Origin: Longimicrobiales bacterium
Lineage (GTDB): Bacteria > Gemmatimonadota > Gemmatimonadetes > Longimicrobiales > Gaopeijiaceae
Direction: 5' to 3'
NCBI GenBank assembly: GCA_965238005.1
Contig: OZ250165.1
Coordinates: 1,088,001-1,152,000 of the forward strand
DNA: 64,000 nucleotides
Position 1 is the first letter of the stretch. Every line of letters starts with the position of its first letter. Below the pieces are notes generated by a model that searched no databases, was not told the DNA's origin, and saw only the letters and a program-made list of their open reading frames with translations. Below, one piece after another: positions 41,775 to 49,334 of the stretch. A program made the translations under genes and the position numbers.

Positions 41775-42786
41775 GGCGCAGGCCTCCGAGGGGCACCGAC
41801 ACCCCGACCCCCTCGGCCCGGGCACGCTCCAAGACGTAGTGGGCCGACACCAGATCCTCCACGGCGAGGCCCAGCGACTTGAACAGCGTGATCTCTTCGG
41901 CACTCTCGCGGCCGGCCACCTCAGCCAGCAGAATCTCTCCGATCTCTCCTACGATATGCGCGTCGTCGATGGCGCCCTCATCCTTGGGGAGGAGGAAGTC
42001 ACCTGCCTCGTTCTCGGTGGACTCCCGCCGGTCCACGAAGAGCCGGGAGCGAACGACGGCCTCGGTGTCGAGCTCTCGGGTGAACTTCACGCTGGAGCCG
42101 ACCGCGTTCACGTGGGTGCCCGGAGCGATCCACGCACCCTTCAGCACCGGCTTCCGGGCGGTGGTCACCGTGCAGATCACATCGGCGTCGCGAGCGGCAT
42201 CCTCGGCCGACGCCACCGCCTCCACGACGATGCCGTGACGCTCGCTCTCTCGCTCCGCGAAGGCTCGGCGGTTGGCCTCGGTGGGGCTGTACACCCGGGC
42301 CCGGTGGAACGGCCGAGCCTCCAGCATGGCCTCCAGGTGTGTCCGGGCCTGGACGCCCGAGCCCAGGATGGCCAGCTCGGTGGCATCCTCTCTAGCAAGG
42401 AGCTCCGTGGCCACGCCGCTCACAGCGGCGGTGCGGATGGCGGTCACCTCGCTGGCGTCCAGGATCGCGGTGGGGAGCCCGTACTGCGTGTCGAAGAGCA
42501 CGACCAGGCCCTGATGGGCGTCGTACGGTGTGCCGTGATTCCCGGGAGACACCATCACCACCTTGAGGCCCAGCGCAGAGGGAGAGCCGGACACGCCGGG
42601 CATCAACCCCAGGATTCCACGGTCCTCGGGCAGTCTCATGACCGAGCGTACCGGGTTGATCCCTTCGCCCCGCCCCAGGGAGCGGAGAGCGTCGGCCATC
42701 AGGTCCATGCACGCTCGCATGGGCAGGAGGCGACGCACCTCGGGTTGGGTGAGGATCAGGGTGTCTTGGTCGACCTGCGCGCTCAC
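41770..42786 (-). CDS. Ornithine cyclodeaminase/mu-crystallin family protein
   Basis: TAIRTAAVS, GSGVQA, HVNAVGS, LFKSLGLAVED. Confidence 0.93.
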   Translation of the reverse strand: MSAQVDQDTLILTQPEVRRLLPMRACMDLMADALRSLGRGEGINPVRSVMRLPEDRGILGLMPGVSGSPSALGLKVVMVSPGNHGTPYDAHQGLVVLFDTQYGLPTAILDASEVTAIRTAAVSGVATELLAREDATELAILGSGVQARTHLEAMLEARPFHRARVYSPTEANRRAFAERESERHGIVVEAVASAEDAARDADVICTVTTARKPVLKGAWIAPGTHVNAVGSSVKFTRELDTEAVVRSRLFVDRRESTENEAGDFLLPKDEGAIDDAHIVGEIGEILLAEVAGRESAEEITLFKSLGLAVEDLVSAHYVLERARAEGVGVSVPLGGLRH

Positions 42787-43445
42787 CCTCGCACCGCTTC
42801 CACGATCCGCACCGGCTGCTCCAGGATCTCGCCTCTCGTGTACTCGCTGTCCGAGGGGGCGGTGGCCTCGATGCGGTCGACGGCACGCACCACGTCCATG
42901 CCCCCTACCACCTGCCCGAAGACCGCGAATCGCTGCGTGTCGGCGTTGCGGGACTCACCGTGGTCGAGTCCCGGCTGGTCGCCGATGCAGATGAAGAACT
43001 CGGAGGTTGCCGTTCCCACGCCTCCCCGGCCCATGGAGATCGCGCCGTCGACGTGCAGCAGTCCGGTGTCTTCGGTGCTCTCGTGGGCGATGGGCGAAAA
43101 CGCCCCCCGGCAATGGTCGTTCACGCCGCCCTGGATGATCTCGATCTTCGGGTTGCCGTCGTCGTTGTCGTAGCGCACCACCCGGTAAAAGCTGCCCCCG
43201 TTGCTGCCCCCGTTGTAGTGACCGGCGTCGAGGTAGGCGAGGAAGTTGGCCACGGTGACGGGCGCCCGATCGGCGTAGAGCTCGAGGTCGATGTCGCCCA
43301 TGGCCGTGCGGAGTGTAATGGCCACCGAGCCTTCGAAGTCCTGGGCGGCAGAACGCGCGAACGGCATGGCCGACGCCAGGGTCAGCACGAGAAGCGCGGC
43401 CCGCCCGAACCTCCACGCCTTCAATCCTGTCCCCCGCTTCATCAT
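42783..43445 (-). CDS. Cyclophilin-type peptidyl-prolyl isomerase, exported
   Basis: APVTVANFL, FYRVV, IQGG, GAISM, SEFFI, FAVFGQVVGGMDVV. Confidence 0.9.
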   Translation of the reverse strand: MMKRGTGLKAWRFGRAALLVLTLASAMPFARSAAQDFEGSVAITLRTAMGDIDLELYADRAPVTVANFLAYLDAGHYNGGSNGGSFYRVVRYDNDDGNPKIEIIQGGVNDHCRGAFSPIAHESTEDTGLLHVDGAISMGRGGVGTATSEFFICIGDQPGLDHGESRNADTQRFAVFGQVVGGMDVVRAVDRIEATAPSDSEYTRGEILEQPVRIVEAVRG

Positions 43446-43542
43446 GCCTCTGCCCTCCGTCGCTCTGGTCAAGATCACCCTCCTGTGATATCTCGGCTGT
43501 CTTCCCCTCGGTCTCCGGCCGCCGGCGAGGCCAGCGCGGGCA

Positions 43543-44769
43543 TCATCCATCGTACGCTTCCAGCAGTCCGAGAACGTGGTCGATGTCGGCTTCCGTATGA
43601 TCCGCGTTGATCTGGGTACGGATCTCCTCGTCACCCTGGGGCACCACCGGGTAGGCCAGCCCCGTGACGAGTACGCCGTTCTCGTACAGGTAGTCCACGA
43701 GGGCCCGCGTCCTCTGAGTATCGCGGATCATGAGCGGGACGACCGGATGCTCCCCGGGGATGGTTTCCACACCGATGCGGGCCAACCCCTCCTCGAAGCG
43801 CCTGGTCAGGGCCCGGAGCCTCTCCAGCAGGGCCAGGCCCTCGGGGCTGTCCACGATCTCCAGGGACTTGAGTGCCGCCCGAGCCTCTCCGACGGTGATC
43901 GGGTTGGAGTAGATGTACATCTGTGAGCTCTCGCGGAGGAAGCCGATGACCGACTCGGGAGCCGTGACGTATCCGCCGTTCACACCGAAGGCCTTCCCCA
44001 GGGTGCCCACCAGGATGTCCGCCGACGGGGAGCCGGTGTACTCCTCGACTCCACGCCCGGTTCTTCCGAACGAACCCACTCCGTGGGAGTCGTCCACCAG
44101 CACGATCGAGTTTTCCTCGTAGGCGTGATCGTGACGGGCGGCGACCTCCATGATCTCGTCCAGGGGAGCGTGATCTCCCCTCATGCTGAAGATGCCGTCC
44201 GTGACGATGAGGGCCCGCTTGGCCTTGCCCGCCCACTCCTCCAACGCCTTCTCCAGGCCCGCGACGTCATTGTGGCCGTAGACGACCTTCCCGGCGGGCC
44301 GGGTCAGCCGCATGGCAATGATGATGCAGTTGTGATTGAGGGCGTCGCTGATGAGGACCGTCTCGGAGGTGACCAGTGGCGAGATCGTCGAGACGATGCT
44401 CGCGTAGGCCGACGAGAAGATCATGGCCGACTCCCGGGCGTGGAACTCGGCCAGCTTCCGCTCGAGATCGACGTGCGCCGAGTAGGATCCGCTTATGAAG
44501 CGAACCGCTCCCGGGCCAGCCCCGAACTCGGCGGATCCGGCCTCCTCGGCCCGGATGACTTCGGGGTGGAGGCCCAGACCCAGGTAGGAGTTGGAGTTCA
44601 TGCGCATGAACTCCTTGTCCCCTTCGCCTTCCAGCAGGAATCGGGGGCCCCGGTCTCCCTCGGCCCTTCGTACTCCCGTGACCACGGTCTCTGCCCCCTT
44701 CGTGGTTCCGGCCTCCTCGAGGCCCGCCACGTGGGCATCCAGCACACCGGCTATACGATCGAGCGGCAT
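43543..44769 (-). CDS. kbl: Glycine C-acetyltransferase (2-amino-3-ketobutyrate CoA ligase)
   Basis: NSYLGL, GAVRFISG, DALNH, DGIFSM, DDSHG, GTLGKAFG; follows tdh. Confidence 0.88.
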   Translation of the reverse strand: MPLDRIAGVLDAHVAGLEEAGTTKGAETVVTGVRRAEGDRGPRFLLEGEGDKEFMRMNSNSYLGLGLHPEVIRAEEAGSAEFGAGPGAVRFISGSYSAHVDLERKLAEFHARESAMIFSSAYASIVSTISPLVTSETVLISDALNHNCIIIAMRLTRPAGKVVYGHNDVAGLEKALEEWAGKAKRALIVTDGIFSMRGDHAPLDEIMEVAARHDHAYEENSIVLVDDSHGVGSFGRTGRGVEEYTGSPSADILVGTLGKAFGVNGGYVTAPESVIGFLRESSQMYIYSNPITVGEARAALKSLEIVDSPEGLALLERLRALTRRFEEGLARIGVETIPGEHPVVPLMIRDTQRTRALVDYLYENGVLVTGLAYPVVPQGDEEIRTQINADHTEADIDHVLGLLEAYDG

Positions 44770-44788
44770 CTTCGCTTATCTCCTCGGT

Positions 44789-45736
44789 TCACGGCCGCCG
44801 GCTCGAGAGCTCCTTGATCATGTCGGCCGTCGTGCTCGCCATGTCGTGTTTCGGTGTCCAGTCCCACTCCTCCCGGGCGGCGCTGTCGTCGATCCGGCGG
44901 GGCCAGGAGCGGGCGATGGTCTCCCGGACCGGATCGATATCGTAGTCGATCTCGAAGTCGGGAATGTGCTTTGTGATCTCCGCCGCCAGCGTCTTGGGGG
45001 CCAGCTGCATGGCCGTGACGTTGAAGGCGTTCCTGTGGACCAGACGACTCGGGTCGGCCTCCATGATGTGGATGGCCGCGCGGATGGCGTCGGGCATGTA
45101 CATCATGTCGAGCTGCGTGTTCGGTCCCAGGAAGCACGTGTACCGGCCTTCCTCCATGGCGTGAAAGAAGATGTCCACCGCCCAGTCCGTGGTTCCTCCC
45201 CCCGGGGGCGCCCCGTGGGAGATGAGGCCCGGATAGCGCACCCCGCGCGTGTCCACCCCGTACTTGAGGTGGTAGTAGTCGCACAGGAGCTCGGAGGCCA
45301 CCTTGGTCACCCCGTACATGGTGGTGGGCCTCATGATGGTGTCCTGAGGCGCCGGGTCGGTGGGGGTCGTGGGTCCGAAGACGCCGATGGAGCTGGGCGT
45401 AAAGACGGCGCAGCCCTGGTCCCGAGCCACCTCTAGGACCGAGTGCAGGGTGCCCATGTTGACCCGGTAGGCCAGCCGCGGATCCTTCTCGCCCATCGCC
45501 GACAGGATCGCCGCCAGATGATAGACCGTATCGGCGTGGTGGCGGATGGCCGCGTGGCCGACGGCGTGTTGATCCGTGGCGTCTAGGATCTCGAAGGGTG
45601 CGCCCTGGGCCAGGCCACCCTTGGGCATCCGGATGTCGGTGGCCAGTACCGCGTCCTCGCCGTAGCGCTCGCGGAGGGCGGGGACGAGCTCGGAGCCGAT
45701 CTGCCCACCGGCTCCTGTCACCAGGATTCTCTTCAA
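44789..45736 (-). CDS. tdh: L-threonine 3-dehydrogenase (SDR/epimerase type)
   Basis: TGAGGQIG, HLAAILSA, PSSI, YGVTK, PGGGTTD, MMYMPD, SWP..IDDS. Confidence 0.88.
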   Translation of the reverse strand: MKRILVTGAGGQIGSELVPALRERYGEDAVLATDIRMPKGGLAQGAPFEILDATDQHAVGHAAIRHHADTVYHLAAILSAMGEKDPRLAYRVNMGTLHSVLEVARDQGCAVFTPSSIGVFGPTTPTDPAPQDTIMRPTTMYGVTKVASELLCDYYHLKYGVDTRGVRYPGLISHGAPPGGGTTDWAVDIFFHAMEEGRYTCFLGPNTQLDMMYMPDAIRAAIHIMEADPSRLVHRNAFNVTAMQLAPKTLAAEITKHIPDFEIDYDIDPVRETIARSWPRRIDDSAAREEWDWTPKHDMASTTADMIKELSSRRP

Positions 45737-45951
45737 GTGTGTGCTGTACCTCGAAATGCGTGGGCGTGGATGGTCACCGGGACCCTCGTGGCGGGAGCGC
45801 TGGCAATCGGGAGCGCTGGCAATATAGACGTGCAGGATCGGAGCGTCGACCGAGGACTCCGAAAGGCGTTGTTCTGATCGCCGCGAACACTAGATTGGAG
45901 AGAGCGGTCGTCGTGCGAAACGGGGAAGAGTACCAAACCGGGATTCCATCT

Positions 45952-46638
45952 ATGAGAACCGACATATTTCACTGTGCAGGAACACTCGTGACGGCTGGGG
46001 TGATCTCCCTCGCGAGCGTCGGGTGCTCGGGCATGAGCACTACCCAGAGGGGAGCCGTGATCGGTGCGGGGGCGGGAGGCGTCGTCGGCGCCGTGATTGG
46101 AGATGCCGCGGGCTCCACCGCGAAGGGGGCCATCATCGGAGCGGTTGTGGGAGGTGCGGCAGGAGCCCTGATCGGAAGTCGGATGGACGACAGGGCCGAG
46201 ACCTTGGCCCGAGAGCTCGACAACGCCACGGTCGAGCGGGTCGGAGAAGGAATCCTGGTGACGTTCGGCTCCGGCATCCTCTTCGACTTCGACTCGTCAC
46301 AGCTTCAACCCGAAGCCCGCGAGAACCTCAGTGACCTCGCTCGTGTTCTCTCGGACGACCTGGACGACTACGAGCTGCTGGTCGCGGGACATACGGACTC
46401 GGTGGGCGCCGAGGCGTACAACCAGGCCTTGTCCGAGCGTCGTGCTCAAGCGGCTGCCGACTTCCTGACGACTCGGGGCATCCCGGCCGAGCTCACTCAC
46501 GTCCAGGGTCTGGGAGAGATGGAGCCGGTGACATCCAACGAGACCGAGGCGGGTCAACAGGAGAATCGCCGGGTCGAAGTCGCCATCTTCGCCAGCCAGG
46601 AGTACCAGGAGGAAGCCAGGCGCGTGACCGGGGACTGA
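45952..46638 (+). CDS. OmpA-family lipoprotein with glycine zipper
   Basis: Lipobox SVG-C, GAxxGA repeats, GHTDS, YNQALSERRA, NRRVE. Confidence 0.92.
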   Translation: MRTDIFHCAGTLVTAGVISLASVGCSGMSTTQRGAVIGAGAGGVVGAVIGDAAGSTAKGAIIGAVVGGAAGALIGSRMDDRAETLARELDNATVERVGEGILVTFGSGILFDFDSSQLQPEARENLSDLARVLSDDLDDYELLVAGHTDSVGAEAYNQALSERRAQAAADFLTTRGIPAELTHVQGLGEMEPVTSNETEAGQQENRRVEVAIFASQEYQEEARRVTGD

Positions 46639-46759
46639 GCGGAGGCAGTCCGCTGCGAGGCCTCGGGTCGGCGCCTCGCGGCCGACGGAAGGTCCCGTCG
46701 AAGTCGCCGCACGTGCCATTGCTGTCCACATCAGCACGAGGCCGTCCGTTGGATGCCAT

Positions 46760-47027
46760 CGGTGCCCCCGACTCCGGGCGACCGTCCACGGCGACGCTCA
46801 AGGTAACGAATACGGTCAAGATTCCGAGGAGGAGCAGAGCGCCCCGGAGCCCGGACGCCCCGTGAGCAGATGGCCGATCCCGACGAGCGAAGCGTACAGA
46901 AACACGATCCCGGCTGCCAAGCCCAGCCAGCGACGTCCGGCCGAGGGGCCCTCCGCGTAGATCCCCCGCTGCCGGACGAGGGACGCCGTCGCCAGGGGCG
47001 CGTCGGTGGCCCCCGTGGGGCCGTCAT
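46760..47027 (-). pseudogene. Probable sodium:solute symporter remnant (start codon plus C-terminal helices)
   Basis: ATGA overlap with the SDR stop, then in other frames WLGLAAGIVFLYASLVGIGHLLTG..LLLLGILTVF. Confidence 0.5.
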
Positions 47028-47779
47028 ACCATGAGGTCTCCGCCGGTGATGTCGTAGGCGGATCCGGTGATGTAGCCCGCCGCCTCGGAGGCTAGGAAGC
47101 AGACCAGGTCGCCTACTTCCTCGGGCCGACCCAGGCGCCCGAGGGGGAAGCTGGTGCGGTAGGCTTCCAACCGCTCGGGCATCGTGTTCTCGTGGGCCAT
47201 CTCGGTGTCGATGAGACCCGGGCAGACGGCGTTCACGGTGATGCCGTGGGGCGCTAGCTCCAGGGCCGAGGCTCGGGTGAGGCCGAGGACGCCGTGCTTG
47301 GACGCGGTGTAGTGGGCCCCACCCAGAGTGCTCACCGTTTTGCCGGCCGTAGAAGAGAGGTTCACGATGCGGCCGTACCCCTCCCTTTTCATCGGATCGA
47401 TCACGGCCTGGGTGCAAAAGAACACGCCTGTGAGGTTCACATCGAGGGTCCGCCGCCACTCCTCCTCGGAGATCTCCTCCAGCGGCGTCGGGAAGAGGAT
47501 CCCCGCGTTGTTCACTAGGATGTCGAGGCGCCCGAAGCGGTCCAGAGTGGTGGCCACCATCTCCCGGACGGCGTCCGACGAGGTCACGTCTGCCGGGGTG
47601 GGCAGCACATCTTCCCCCAGCTCCTCGGCCACCCGGCTCGTGGCCTTGGGATCCAGGTCGTTCAGCGCCACGGACGCGCCCAGCTCGTGGAGGCGCCGGG
47701 CGATGGCCCTACCCACGCCCCTGGCAGCCCCGGTTACCAGCGCGACGCGAGCGTCCATTCGGCTGACGACGCTCTCCAT
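47024..47779 (-). CDS. SDR family oxidoreductase (FabG-like)
   Basis: TGAARGVG, NNAG, YTASK, NAVCPG, ITG. Confidence 0.95.
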   Translation of the reverse strand: MESVVSRMDARVALVTGAARGVGRAIARRLHELGASVALNDLDPKATSRVAEELGEDVLPTPADVTSSDAVREMVATTLDRFGRLDILVNNAGILFPTPLEEISEEEWRRTLDVNLTGVFFCTQAVIDPMKREGYGRIVNLSSTAGKTVSTLGGAHYTASKHGVLGLTRASALELAPHGITVNAVCPGLIDTEMAHENTMPERLEAYRTSFPLGRLGRPEEVGDLVCFLASEAAGYITGSAYDITGGDLMV

Positions 47780-47790
47780 GGATCCTCCGT

Positions 47791-47902
47791 GTTCGAGATC
47801 GACCGGGTGCGAGATCGACGCTGTTCGAGATCAGCCCCATGCGAGACTAGCCCTGTGCGAGGTCAGCCCCGTGCGCGATCGGCCCCGAGCGAGATCGGCC
47901 CG
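47791..47902. repeat. 7 x 16-bp degenerate tandem repeat
   Basis: gttcgagatcgaccgg, gtgcgagatcgacgct, gttcgagatcagcccc, atgcgagactagccct, gtgcgaggtcagcccc, gtgcgcgatcggcccc, gagcgagatcggcccg. Confidence 0.88.
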
Positions 47903-48133
47903 CGTCGTCCACTCTGGCGAAGTGGCACTTATGATGCCCGTGGGCCGCCACCGGCGCCACCCCCGCCGCCACGGGGGGGCGAGCGGGGTTCGCTCAGCCG
48001 ACGAGCTCCTGAGGCAAACAGTTTCCGACGCTGGCCACGGGACCCGAACGGGGGCATTATTGACACCCTTTCCGGGTCAGCCCACCTCAGCGTGGCCCGA
48101 CCCTCGGCTCTTATTTCGGATGGAAGGATGGCC

Positions 48134-48919
48134 ATGGCAGAGTCGCCGCATGGACGCTTCGTCTGGTACGAGATGCTCACGGTGGACAAAGGCCCCACGA
48201 TCGACTTCTACAAGGAGGTCGTCGGGTGGGGCACGCAGGGTTGGGAGGCCGGCGAGCAACCCTACACCATGTTCACCATCGGCGAGGCCCCGGTGGGAGG
48301 AATCATGGATCTTCCCGAGGAGGCCAGGGCCGCAGGCGTCCCTCCGCACTGGCTGGCGTACGTCTCCACCTCCGACACGGACGCCACCGTCGAGCAGGCC
48401 AAGGAGCTGGGCGGCCAGGTCCTCATGGAGCCCATGAGCGTCCCCGAGGTGGGACGCATGGCCGTCCTGCGCGATCCCCAGGGAGCGGAATTCGCGGTCT
48501 TCACCGCCGAGGCCGACTCGCCGGGGCGCGATGGGCCGCCCCAGCTCGGCGAGTTCTCGTGGCACGAGCTCGCCACGTCCGACTATGAGGCCGGCTTCGA
48601 CTTCTACTCGGCCCTGTTCGGATGGGAGAAGACCACTGCGATGGATATGGGCGAGATGGGCGTCTACCAGATGTACGGGAGCGGGGAGTACGAGTTGGGG
48701 GGCATGTTCAACCTGCTTCCCGAGATCCCCACGCCCCCCCACTGGCTCCTGTATGCCAAGGTGCCCGACGTCGAGGCTGCCGCCGAGACCGTGAAGTCAC
48801 TGGGCGGCCAGGTGCTCAACGGACCCATCGACGTGCCCGGCGGGGATCGGGTCGTGCAGTGCATGGACCCCCAGGGGGCGGCGTTCGCGCTGCACTCGAG
48901 TGGAGGTGTACAAGCGTAG
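48134..48919 (+). CDS. VOC/glyoxalase family protein (two tandem domains)
   Basis: GRFVWYE..FY..GW..PPHWLAY..DPQGA occurs twice. Confidence 0.92.
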   Translation: MAESPHGRFVWYEMLTVDKGPTIDFYKEVVGWGTQGWEAGEQPYTMFTIGEAPVGGIMDLPEEARAAGVPPHWLAYVSTSDTDATVEQAKELGGQVLMEPMSVPEVGRMAVLRDPQGAEFAVFTAEADSPGRDGPPQLGEFSWHELATSDYEAGFDFYSALFGWEKTTAMDMGEMGVYQMYGSGEYELGGMFNLLPEIPTPPHWLLYAKVPDVEAAAETVKSLGGQVLNGPIDVPGGDRVVQCMDPQGAAFALHSSGGVQA

Positions 48920-49334
48920 GGGCCACGGTCCCTCTTGCATCGATCGAGGCGGCGCCTGCCGAGGGGGAACTGGTTTGGCCTCCCCAACAGGTGGCGGCAG
49001 TGCGCCTGCCAGCCGAAGCACGGGAGAGCGTCGGCGTAGACCATCTGGGCATCAATGGGAGGTCCACGGGCACCCTCCCGCCTTGTTCTTGACGCCTCAC
49101 TCGGGGCGGTGGTGAGGCTGGTCGACGCGCGCATCGTGGGTGGGAGATAGAGGGGAGTCCGAGCCGAAGGAGCCCGGTTTCCGGTTTACGAGGCGCACTC
49201 CCAACGCCCGACATCGATTACATTAGCGCGGACCTGAGTGATCTGACGGTGACGGACCCTCACTCTGTCCGGCTCGTGGACAGCCTGGTCTCGAAAGGCC
49301 GGTAACCGACGCCTCAACGGAGGTGCTCCCCTAA

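Noticed and set aside
41719..43173. Long antisense or alternate-frame ORFs (for example 41719-43173, 17224-18381, 36357-37544, 29027-30415)
   Set aside because: They shadow well-supported genes and are Arg/Pro/Gly-rich, as expected from high-GC codon bias.
47791..47902. CRISPR array
   Set aside because: Units are contiguous 16-mers with no unique spacers, and there are no cas genes in the window.
49248..49320. Fluoride or SAM-I riboswitch assignment for the methyltransferase leader
   Set aside because: There are partial word matches (GGUGACGG..UCAC; GGUAACC..GGUGCU), but the required pseudoknot and core pairings are missing.
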